This document shows, piece after piece, positions 26,447 to 35,004 of a stretch of DNA of 47,767 nt. The notes below the pieces were generated by a model that ran no database searches, was not told the DNA's origin, and worked only from the letters and a program-made list of their open reading frames with translations. The position numbers were made by a program, and so were the translations under genes. This DNA comes from Deltaproteobacteria bacterium (GTDB taxonomy: Bacteria; Desulfobacterota; Binatia; UBA12015). The stretch covers positions 1 through 47,767 of the forward strand of contig JAYGCM010000052.1 of NCBI GenBank assembly GCA_046583355.1. The letters are read 5' to 3'. Position 1 is the stretch's first letter; every line of letters starts with the position of its first letter.

Positions 26447-27703
26447 ATGTTCCCTATGACAGTCAAATCCCGAGCGGCAGCGGCCGCCACAGATTCCCCC
26501 TCCGCACCAGCCCGCCGTCATGCCACGGTAGTTCCCCTCCACCCGGAACGGCAGGCGGCCGCACGCCCGAGTAGCGGCGCAAAAACTCGCCTGCTCTGCA
26601 TGCTCGATGAACTCGACCTCGGCGGCACGGAGCAGCAGATTCTGGAGTTGGTCAAGGGCATCGACCGGGACCGCTTCGAGCCGATGGTTTGCTGCTTCCG
26701 CTATGGGCGCAAGGCAGCCGAGATCGAAGAGCTTGGTGTACCGGTCTTCACAATCGAGAAGAACCACAAGCTGGACGCCGGTATCCTGCTGCGCCTGGCC
26801 GAACTTCTGCGCCGCGAACGAATCGATATCCTCCAGACCTATCTCTGGACCGCCAACGCGTGGGGCCGGGTCGCCGGCCGCATGGCAGGCGTACCGATCA
26901 TCCTCGCCTCGGAGCGTAACGTCGATATCTGGGAGCAAAAGTACAAACGGGTCATCGGCCGCTACCTCGCCCACTCCACCGACCGGATCATCGCCAATTC
27001 CGAGGCCGTACGACGCTACCTGCTCGAGCGCGGGGGCCTCAGCCCGGCCAAGGTCACCACGATCTACAATGGCGTCGACTTCGCGCGCTTTCATACCGGC
27101 ACCGACCCGATGCAGCGGCGCCGCGAGCTTGGTGTTCCTGACGATGCGCTGCTTGCCGGGGTAGTCGCTCGGGTCGAACCCGCCAAGGACCATGACACGC
27201 TGCTCCACGCCCTGGCTCTGGTCCGCGACCGAACCGAAAATCTCCACCTCGCCGTGGTCGGCGATGGCACGCAAAAAGAACGTCTCATGCGCCTCGCCCA
27301 TGAGCTCGGTATTGGCGAGCGTGTCCACTTCACGGGCTTTCGCACAGATGCCGCCGAGTGGATCGCCAGCTTCGACTTCACTGTGCTCTCGTCGGTCAAA
27401 GAGGGGCTCTCGAATACCGTCATCGAGTCCATGGCTGCCGGCAAACCGGTGATTGCGACCGCGGTCGGCGGCAATCCGGAAGTCATCGTCGAAGACGAGA
27501 CCGGCTATCTTCTGCCGCCGCGAGACCCGGCGCGCTTCGGCGAAGCCATTGCACGATTGGTTGCCCAGAAGCACCGTATCCCGGAGCTTGGCGCCGCATC
27601 AAAGAATCGAGTGGAATCGCTTTTCTCCGTGGGCAAGATGGTAGACAACACCACCAAGCTCTACCTCGATCTTCTGGCACGCAAGCAGAAACAGGCAGTC
27701 TAG
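26447..27703 (+). CDS. Glycosyltransferase family 4
   Basis: LGGTEQQ, IANSEAV, IYNGVD, ARVEPAKDH, EGLSNTVIESMAAGKPVIAT. Start is ATG 26447 or 26456. Confidence 0.92.
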   Translation: MFPMTVKSRAAAAATDSPSAPARRHATVVPLHPERQAAARPSSGAKTRLLCMLDELDLGGTEQQILELVKGIDRDRFEPMVCCFRYGRKAAEIEELGVPVFTIEKNHKLDAGILLRLAELLRRERIDILQTYLWTANAWGRVAGRMAGVPIILASERNVDIWEQKYKRVIGRYLAHSTDRIIANSEAVRRYLLERGGLSPAKVTTIYNGVDFARFHTGTDPMQRRRELGVPDDALLAGVVARVEPAKDHDTLLHALALVRDRTENLHLAVVGDGTQKERLMRLAHELGIGERVHFTGFRTDAAEWIASFDFTVLSSVKEGLSNTVIESMAAGKPVIATAVGGNPEVIVEDETGYLLPPRDPARFGEAIARLVAQKHRIPELGAASKNRVESLFSVGKMVDNTTKLYLDLLARKQKQAV

Positions 27704-27706
27704 AAA

Positions 27707-28915
27707 ATGATCGCTTTCGTCGTCAATCAATTCCCGCGTCAGGTCGACGCCTATTTCCTTCGCGAACTCGTCGGCCTCGCCGACGAAGGCGTCGACTTCC
27801 TGCTCTATTCGCTGTTGCCCGCGCCGAGTGGCTGGAAGATCCATGAGGACGCTCGTATGCTCCTCGACCGGACCGTCTACCCCTCCGCACCAGCCCGGCG
27901 CCTGATGCTCGGTGCTGGCGGCGTGCTGCGCCAGCCAGCAAAATCGGCTCGACTGCTCGCCGAGATCGTCGGCGGCCATCGCAGCATGCCGGGTGCCCTG
28001 GTAAAATCACTCGCCATCCTGCCCCAGGCCGTCGAGTTCGCCGACGATATGAAGCGCCGCGGCGTGCGCCATATCCATGCGAATTGGGCGACCTACCCAG
28101 CGACCGCCGCTCTGGCGATCTCCCGCCTGACGGGAATCCCTTTCAGCTTCTCCGGACATGCCACCGATATCTTCGTGCACCATGCGATGCTCGAGGAAAA
28201 ACTCAAGGCCGCAAAATTCGTGGTCACCTGCACCGGCTTCAACCGGGGCTACCTCGGCGATATCTGCCCCGACGCGCGGGACAAGATCGAGACGGTCTAC
28301 CACGGTGTCGACCTCGCACGTTTTGCCCGCGGCGACGCCGCGCGGGATCCCGACCTGATCCTCAGTGTCGGCACTTTGCGCACCTGCAAGGGATTCGACG
28401 ACCTGATCCGCGCGATTGCCCTACTCAAACAAAGAGGCCGCCGCGCACGCCTGGAAATCCTCGGCGAGGGCGAAGAACGCGAGAACTTGGAAGCCTTGGT
28501 ACGCGAACTCGGCGTCGGAGACCAAGTCTCCCTGCCGGGCTACCTTCCCCAGGAAGAGATCATCCCGGCCTACCACCGCGCCGCCGCGGTCGCCTTGCCG
28601 GCCCATCATGAAGACCATTTCGGAATTCCCAATATTCTGATTGAAGGCCTCGCGGCCAGCGTTCCGGTGATCTGTACCGAATTGCCCTCCCTGCAGGAAC
28701 TGATCGAAGATGGCAAAAGCGGGCTCTTCATCCCCGAGCGCGACCCCGTGGCGCTGGCCGATGCATTGGAGCGCCTCTTGGCGGAACCCGAATTCGCAAC
28801 CCGGATTGCCGAAGAAGGAAGGCGGCGCGTCGCCGAGAATTTCGATATGCGCGCCACCGTCCACCAACTGGCCGAGCGCTTCACAGAGGCCGACCGCAGC
28901 GGCGGCATCGACTGA
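27707..28915 (+). CDS. Glycosyltransferase family 4 (WcaL-like)
   Basis: FPRQVDAYFLRE, HIHANWA, FSGHATDIF, YHGVD, VGTLRTCKG, GIPNILIEGLA. Confidence 0.88.
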   Translation: MIAFVVNQFPRQVDAYFLRELVGLADEGVDFLLYSLLPAPSGWKIHEDARMLLDRTVYPSAPARRLMLGAGGVLRQPAKSARLLAEIVGGHRSMPGALVKSLAILPQAVEFADDMKRRGVRHIHANWATYPATAALAISRLTGIPFSFSGHATDIFVHHAMLEEKLKAAKFVVTCTGFNRGYLGDICPDARDKIETVYHGVDLARFARGDAARDPDLILSVGTLRTCKGFDDLIRAIALLKQRGRRARLEILGEGEERENLEALVRELGVGDQVSLPGYLPQEEIIPAYHRAAAVALPAHHEDHFGIPNILIEGLAASVPVICTELPSLQELIEDGKSGLFIPERDPVALADALERLLAEPEFATRIAEEGRRRVAENFDMRATVHQLAERFTEADRSGGID

Positions 28916-29749
28916 ATGCGCTCCCCCCTCGGCACCCTGCTGCGCCGCTCCGCGGCAGAGGCAAGCTCCTGGCTCGGACGGCTCTCGCCCGAGCCCGAAG
29001 GCGTCCTGCGCGTGATCTACTACCACCGCATTGACAAAGAGGATCATCGCTCGTGCGTGACGCCGCAGGCCTTCGCCGAACAGATGGCCTTCCTGCGGGC
29101 AGAGGCGTGGAAGCCGCTCTCGCTCGAAACGGTAGCGCAACACCTGGAGGAGGGAACGCCCTTCCCCGAGCGCGCCATCGCCATCACCTTCGACGACGGC
29201 TTCAAAGATAATTTCACCGAAGCCTTGCCCGTGCTGCAACGCGAGGCGATCCCCGCGACCGTATTCCTCACCACGGATTTCATCGGCAAGGACGAACTCC
29301 CCGTCTTGCGCGACCGCAGCGGCATCGCACCGCTCAATTGGGACGAAGTACGGCAGATGGTAGCGGCCGGGATCGACCTGGGCGCGCATACCTTGACGCA
29401 CCCCTCCCTTCCCGAACTCGACGACGCAGAACTCGAGCATCAAGTCCTTGCTTGCCGTGAACGCATCGAAGGCGAAACGGGCCTGCGCCCGGCCACCTTC
29501 TGCTACCCGCGCGGCCATTTCGACGAGCGGGTCGAGGCGTGCGTTCGCCGCGCCGGTTACCGACTCGCCCTCTCGACACTTCCCGGAGGCGTAATGCCGG
29601 GCGATGCGCCCCTGCGACTCAAACGGACCTTCATCGCGCGTGACGACCGTCTGCGCGACTTTTCTCACAAACTCGACGGCAGCTTCGATCGCCTCCATGC
29701 TCTACGCCAGGGCTGGAGCCGGATGCGCAGCACCGCTCGGGCAGATTAG
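28916..29749 (+). CDS. Polysaccharide deacetylase (NodB homology/CE4)
   Basis: VIYYHRI, ITFDDGF, LGAHTLTHP, FCYPRG. Confidence 0.9.
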   Translation: MRSPLGTLLRRSAAEASSWLGRLSPEPEGVLRVIYYHRIDKEDHRSCVTPQAFAEQMAFLRAEAWKPLSLETVAQHLEEGTPFPERAIAITFDDGFKDNFTEALPVLQREAIPATVFLTTDFIGKDELPVLRDRSGIAPLNWDEVRQMVAAGIDLGAHTLTHPSLPELDDAELEHQVLACRERIEGETGLRPATFCYPRGHFDERVEACVRRAGYRLALSTLPGGVMPGDAPLRLKRTFIARDDRLRDFSHKLDGSFDRLHALRQGWSRMRSTARAD

Positions 29750-29759
29750 GCATTTTTTC

Positions 29760-31679
29760 ATGTGCGGTATCGCCGGTGCTCTCGCCCTCGACCACGAAGC
29801 TCTTCTCCCCGCCTCGCTCGCCCGAGCCATGTGCGATGTCATCGTGCATCGCGGCCCCGACGACGAAGGCATTCTTGCCGACGGCCCACTCTCGATGGGC
29901 ATGCGCAGGCTCTCGATCATCGACGTCGCCGGCGGCCAGCAGCCGATCTGGAACGAGGACGAGACAATCGCGGTCTTCCAGAACGGCGAAATCTATAATT
30001 TCGCCGAATTGCGCAAAGATCTCGAAAGCCGCGGCCATCGCTTTCGCACCAATTGCGATACCGAGGCGATCGTCCATCTCTACGAAGAATACGGCGATGA
30101 ATGCGTGCAGCATCTGCGCGGCATGTTCGCCTTTGCCGTCTGGGACCAGAAGAAGCGCCGCCTGCTGCTGGCGCGCGACCGGATCGACATCAAGCCACTT
30201 TATTATGCGAATGATGGCCGCCGTGTGCTCTTCGGCTCGGAACTGAAATCGCTTCTCGCCGGCGGCCTGAACCCCGAAATCGATCGCCAGGCATTGCACG
30301 ATTACCTGACCCTTACCCATATTCCGGCGCCGCAAACGATCTACAAAGCGGCGCGCAAGCTCGAGGCCGGCCACCGCCTGATCATCGAGAACGGCAAGGT
30401 CCGTGACGAATGCTGGTGGGAACTCGACCTCACGCCCGGCAAATTCAGCTCGGAAGAAGAAATCATCGAGGCGATCCGCGCCGGCGTAGAAGACGCCGTC
30501 CGTAGCCATTTGGTTTCCGACGTGCCGCTGGGCGTCTTCCTCTCCGGCGGTGTCGACTCCGCGAGTCTGGTCGCCTGCATGCGCAAGCACCATACGGGGA
30601 CCCTCAAGACCTTCTCGATCGGTTTCGAGGAGAAAACCTTCAATGAACTCGACCGTGCCCGGCTGGCCGCGAAGTTCTATGAAACCGAACACCATGAACT
30701 GATGGTCACGCCCGACGCGACCGCACTCGTGCCAGAGCTGGCCGCCGCCTTTGATGAGCCCTACGCCGACTCCTCTGCCATTCCCGTGCTTTGCGTTGCT
30801 CGCCTCGCGCGCGAGCACGTCACGGTAGCCCTATCGGGCGAAGGCGGCGACGAGATCTTCGCCGGCTACAAAACCTATTCCGCCACCCTCATGGCCGGCT
30901 GGTACCGCCGTTTCGTACCCAGCCTGTTGCGCAAGATCGTCCCCCCGATCGTCGACCGATTGCCGGTATCGCATGGTCGCGTGAGCTTCGATTATATGGC
31001 GAAACGCTTCGTCCGCGGGGCCGAACAACCCGCCCTCGCTTCACATCTTGCCTGGAAGGCGATCTTCGACGAGACCCGAAAATCCTCGCTCTATGCCGAC
31101 CCCAACCTGGAACTCGAGCCAACCCTGCGCCTCTTCGAACGTGCCGCCCGCGGCATCCCCGAAAGAGATATCCTGGCCCAATTACTGGCCGCCGATACCA
31201 AGGTAGGGCTCGAGGGCGATATGCTCGTCAAGGCCGACCGCATGACCATGGCGACCTCGCTTGAGGGACGCGTACCGCTGCTGGACCACCCGCTGGTCGA
31301 ACTCGCCGCCTCCGTGCCCAGTCGGTGGAAAATGAAGGGGATGACCAAAAAATACCTTCTGCGCAAAGCCATGGCTCCGATGCTGCCGCACGAGACGCTG
31401 CACGGCCCCAAGCAGGGCTTCAATGTGCCGATCCCCTCCTGGCTGGTTGGCCCGCTGCGCGAACGCGTCCACGACACGCTGGCGCCCGAGCGGATCAAGG
31501 CCGCTGGCCTCTTTCGCCCCGAACTCGTGGCCGACCTCATCCGCGCCCATGAGGCCAAGGAAATGGATTATAGTCGCGATATCTGGACGCTGTTGATGTT
31601 CCAGACCTGGCACGACTCTATAGCGGGTGCAGGGCAACCTTCTCCGGCGGACCTGCCGATAACTGACGTTGGGGGTTGA
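29760..31679 (+). CDS. asnB: Asparagine synthase (glutamine-hydrolysing)-like amidotransferase, probably amidating the polysaccharide
   Basis: N-terminal MCGIAG (Ntn Cys2), HRGPD, RRLSIID, NGEIYN, LSGGVDS, SGEGGDE, KADRMTMATSLEGRVP, KQGF. ATG 29760. Confidence 0.92.
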   Translation: MCGIAGALALDHEALLPASLARAMCDVIVHRGPDDEGILADGPLSMGMRRLSIIDVAGGQQPIWNEDETIAVFQNGEIYNFAELRKDLESRGHRFRTNCDTEAIVHLYEEYGDECVQHLRGMFAFAVWDQKKRRLLLARDRIDIKPLYYANDGRRVLFGSELKSLLAGGLNPEIDRQALHDYLTLTHIPAPQTIYKAARKLEAGHRLIIENGKVRDECWWELDLTPGKFSSEEEIIEAIRAGVEDAVRSHLVSDVPLGVFLSGGVDSASLVACMRKHHTGTLKTFSIGFEEKTFNELDRARLAAKFYETEHHELMVTPDATALVPELAAAFDEPYADSSAIPVLCVARLAREHVTVALSGEGGDEIFAGYKTYSATLMAGWYRRFVPSLLRKIVPPIVDRLPVSHGRVSFDYMAKRFVRGAEQPALASHLAWKAIFDETRKSSLYADPNLELEPTLRLFERAARGIPERDILAQLLAADTKVGLEGDMLVKADRMTMATSLEGRVPLLDHPLVELAASVPSRWKMKGMTKKYLLRKAMAPMLPHETLHGPKQGFNVPIPSWLVGPLRERVHDTLAPERIKAAGLFRPELVADLIRAHEAKEMDYSRDIWTLLMFQTWHDSIAGAGQPSPADLPITDVGG

Positions 31680-31730
31680 CCAAAGACCCTCGCCTCGTGC
31701 AGCCTGAAGTCCCCGAAGAACGCCCCCAAA

Positions 31731-33665
31731 ATGTCAAAAATTCTAGTCATGCCGAACGTCGCGGCGGCGCGTGCCGAAATCGCCGAATTGCCGCCCGAGG
31801 CTACTCCTGTGGTCGAGCGCGAAATCCCACCCGGACTCTCCGAATCGCGGATTCGTTATGTGGTCCAGGTACTCTTGGCCGGAACCGCGCTGCTGCTGCT
31901 CTCACCGGTCCTCCTGATAGTCGCGATCGGCGTGAAGCTCTCCAGCCCGGGTCCGCTTTTCTATTCCGGCATCCGCACGGGCAAGAACCAGAAGCTCTAT
32001 ACGATGTACAAATTCCGTACCCTGCGCGAGGGTGCGGAGCGTCAGATTGGCGGCCGCCTGCTGACGGCCCAAGACAATTTCTACACGCCGATCGGCAAAT
32101 TTCTCAAAAAATCGAAACTCGACGAAGTCCCGCAATTACTCAATGTACTGCGCGGCGAGATGAATTTCTCCGGGCCGCGGCCGCTGCGTCCGGTCTTTCT
32201 CGAACACTTCCTTGACGAAATTCCGCATTATGCGGACCGCTTCCGCGTCGCGCCCGGCATGACAGGCCTGGCCCAGGTTCGGGGCGGCTATTTCACCGCA
32301 CCGCGCAACAAGCTGCGCTACGATCGTCTCTATATCGAGCACCGCTCGCTCTGGCTCGATACCGAGCTTGTCGCCCTGACAGGGCTCAAGGTGCTCAATC
32401 GCTGGCTGACGCTCGGCGCTTTCCTTCTGGTATTGCTGCTCTTCGTCTCCTTCATCCCGGCCGGCGCCCTCGAGAACCTTTATATTGAAACTCTCGGAGT
32501 GAAGGTGAACCCGCTGCACGGCGTGATCGCCTTCGGAGCGCTCTGGATGATACTGCGCCACGCCCCCAAGGAGCGGATCAATATCTACCGGACGCCGCTC
32601 AATACACCGATCGCCGTCTTTCTTCTTCTCTCGCTCATCTCCGCCCTGATGTCGGCCGCGCCGCTGCAGGCAACGCGCGGCGCGGCCTATTACCTGATCA
32701 CCGGCTTTGTTGTGACGCTGGCGATCATCCACGGAACCTTCACAAAGAGCTTCGTGCGCAGCGCCGTGAGCGCCGTTGCCCTGACCTCGCTGGCGATCTC
32801 CACGGTGGGGATTCTGGAGGTCGCTTTCGGCGACTATATCTCCACCTCGACAACCCTCGTAAACGGCTTGGGCATGAGTTCGGTGGGCGTCTCCTCAACC
32901 CTCGGCAGCCCGGTTGCGCTTGCCACCTACCTCCTCCTGGGCGTCCCCTGCGTGCTTTGCAGCCTTTCGCGCGCCCATACCCGCGAGTCGCGTGATTTCT
33001 GGATTGCCGCGACAACCTTGGTCATGGTCGGTGTTCTGCTCACGCGCAATGCAGCCGGACTCTCGGCACTGGCCCTGATCACCACGGTCTACGTCTGGCG
33101 CCATTTCAGCCCTCTCGCCGGACTCGTCAGCCTGGTGATCCTCGCGCCGGCCTCCTTCCTTGCCATCGAATACCGAATTGCGACAGAGGGCTTCAGCATC
33201 TCCGGCTTGCTCTGCGGCAGCGCGCAGGATGCGTGCATGCAACTCACACACCTCTCCTGGCGCGAACTCCTTTTAGGTCTCGGCCCTCGTACACTCGGCG
33301 AACTCAGCCTCCCCGGAACCGGCTTGACCGACGCAGCCCTGCTCGCCTCCAATGCAAATGTTCGCCTGATCCTCGAAAACGGCCTGCTCGGCTGGGGCGC
33401 CATGATGTGGATTCTGGCCGCCGCGGTGGCCTCCCTCTACCGCACGCAACGCACCATCGAGGACCCGGGCCTACGCGCGGTGCTTTGGGCGGTGCTGCTC
33501 TCCGTGCTGGGCTTCTTCGTGGCGATGCAGACCTTTGACCCCTTCAACAATATCGCCCTGCAGCTTCTCTTCTGGGGGCTACTCGGTGTCGGAGTCGGTA
33601 CCGAGGTTCGCCTGGCCGGACGTTCGGCGGATTACCGGATCGCGCTCAAGCTCGGCTCCGATTGA
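31731..33665 (+). CDS. Initiating phosphoglycosyl transferase (Bac_transf) fused to a multi-TM O-antigen-ligase-like domain
   Basis: N-half: GPLFY..RTG, YKFRTL, LDEVPQLLNVLRGEMNFSGPRP, PGMTGLAQV, WLD. C-half: ~11-12 TM segments with STLGSPVALATYL, LLGLGP, SNANVRLILENGLLG. Confidence 0.85.
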   Translation: MSKILVMPNVAAARAEIAELPPEATPVVEREIPPGLSESRIRYVVQVLLAGTALLLLSPVLLIVAIGVKLSSPGPLFYSGIRTGKNQKLYTMYKFRTLREGAERQIGGRLLTAQDNFYTPIGKFLKKSKLDEVPQLLNVLRGEMNFSGPRPLRPVFLEHFLDEIPHYADRFRVAPGMTGLAQVRGGYFTAPRNKLRYDRLYIEHRSLWLDTELVALTGLKVLNRWLTLGAFLLVLLLFVSFIPAGALENLYIETLGVKVNPLHGVIAFGALWMILRHAPKERINIYRTPLNTPIAVFLLLSLISALMSAAPLQATRGAAYYLITGFVVTLAIIHGTFTKSFVRSAVSAVALTSLAISTVGILEVAFGDYISTSTTLVNGLGMSSVGVSSTLGSPVALATYLLLGVPCVLCSLSRAHTRESRDFWIAATTLVMVGVLLTRNAAGLSALALITTVYVWRHFSPLAGLVSLVILAPASFLAIEYRIATEGFSISGLLCGSAQDACMQLTHLSWRELLLGLGPRTLGELSLPGTGLTDAALLASNANVRLILENGLLGWGAMMWILAAAVASLYRTQRTIEDPGLRAVLWAVLLSVLGFFVAMQTFDPFNNIALQLLFWGLLGVGVGTEVRLAGRSADYRIALKLGSD

Positions 33666-33666
33666 G

Positions 33667-34899
33667 TCAGCGCGCAGCGGGAACCAGAACCACACCGGAA
33701 CGCAGAGACGACGGAAGAAGCGCCATGCTCCACGCCCCCAGCGAAGCCACCAGTCGCGGCATGCCGGCCGCGCGCCCCGGACACCGGATCACCTCGAAGG
33801 GCAGATCCGTGCCCAACGCGCCTGCGGCGTCCGACTCGGCCAGCAGGCGGCCTTCGGCGTCGTGGATGCGCACCCCGGCAACCCCGGCCCCGGCGGTATC
33901 GACAAAGCGCAGTCCGCTTGGCGCCGCGAGCTTGACCTCGCCCATGCCGCGACATTGCACCCGCACGGTCGTCGCGCCCCGCACGGTCACGCGTGCCCCC
34001 GCATCCACACTCAAAGCGGGGCGGCAATCGAGATCGACATCCTGCACCACGACGCCACGCGAACCGTGGACACGGACACAGGCCCCGCCACTCGGGTGGA
34101 TGGCGCCGCCTTCGATCCGTACATCCTGCGGCGCGGCGCCGCCCAGAGGCTGGAGGAGAATCGCGGCCCCGTGCAGCGTATTCCCGCTCAAGACGACGCC
34201 ATCGGAGCGGCCGCGGAGTTGCACCGGACGGCCTTCAATCCGGTTTCCCACAAGCCGCGTTCCGGGCGCGTGCTTGATATAGGCCGCCGCCGCGCCACCA
34301 CCGCGCAGCACCGAACCACGCACCACATTCCCGGAATTCTCGAGGAAATAAATATTCTCCCGATAGTTATCGTAAATCTCTGAACCAGCTACCTGATTGC
34401 GCGACGCCGCCGGCCCGAAATGAATCCCCTCATCCGCATTCTCATGAATATGAACTCCGACAAGAACATTATCCGACGCCCCTCGGGCGAAATCAATTCC
34501 GTAGCCAGTATGGCGCTCGGCATTCCCATTATGGTGTGCGCGCAGATTGTCGATGCGCGCAGCGCGGACGCCCGCCATACGCAGGCCATGATGAAAGCCC
34601 GTAACCTCGATATTCCGCACACGCGCGCCATGCGAGCGCTCGTCGAGGACCAGGCCGGACTTCTGCCCCGCACCACGAATGGCGAAACCTTTGCCATCCA
34701 GGACCACGCCGGCGGCGAGACGCAATCCGTCGCCAAGGCACGGCCCCAGGGAACCTGTCATTTCGTAATCTTCGATGATCCGATCGCCGCAACCACAAGG
34801 CTTCGCAGCGCCGCAATCGGCGCCCCGCGCGAGACCGGCACCGAGGCCGAGGCCGCCCAGCGCAAGCGCCACGAGCACCAACGCCCCCGCCGCCGCCAT
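33667..34899 (-). CDS. Secreted right-handed parallel beta-helix (pectin-lyase-like/NosD) protein
   Basis: Signal peptide MAAAGALVLVALALGGLGLGAGLARG, cap CGCGDRI...LDGKGFAIRG, PbH1-like rungs (GIDF..GASDN, NADEGIHF, NYRENIYF). ATG 34899. Confidence 0.78.
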   Translation of the reverse strand: MAAAGALVLVALALGGLGLGAGLARGADCGAAKPCGCGDRIIEDYEMTGSLGPCLGDGLRLAAGVVLDGKGFAIRGAGQKSGLVLDERSHGARVRNIEVTGFHHGLRMAGVRAARIDNLRAHHNGNAERHTGYGIDFARGASDNVLVGVHIHENADEGIHFGPAASRNQVAGSEIYDNYRENIYFLENSGNVVRGSVLRGGGAAAAYIKHAPGTRLVGNRIEGRPVQLRGRSDGVVLSGNTLHGAAILLQPLGGAAPQDVRIEGGAIHPSGGACVRVHGSRGVVVQDVDLDCRPALSVDAGARVTVRGATTVRVQCRGMGEVKLAAPSGLRFVDTAGAGVAGVRIHDAEGRLLAESDAAGALGTDLPFEVIRCPGRAAGMPRLVASLGAWSMALLPSSLRSGVVLVPAAR

Positions 34900-35004
34900 G
34901 AAGACCGACCCGTCGGGATCCGCAGCCGCGGCCGGGGCCGCCGGCCGGTCGCTCGCGTGATCTCGCGTAATTGATTCTTTCAGAGTATCTCTCCTTCGGA
35001 ACGC

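Noticed and set aside
31676..32215. ORF overlapping the asnB stop, suggesting a frameshifted PGT start
   Set aside because: The PGT frame has its own ATG at 31731 and a complete domain. No clear slippery site supports a frameshift.
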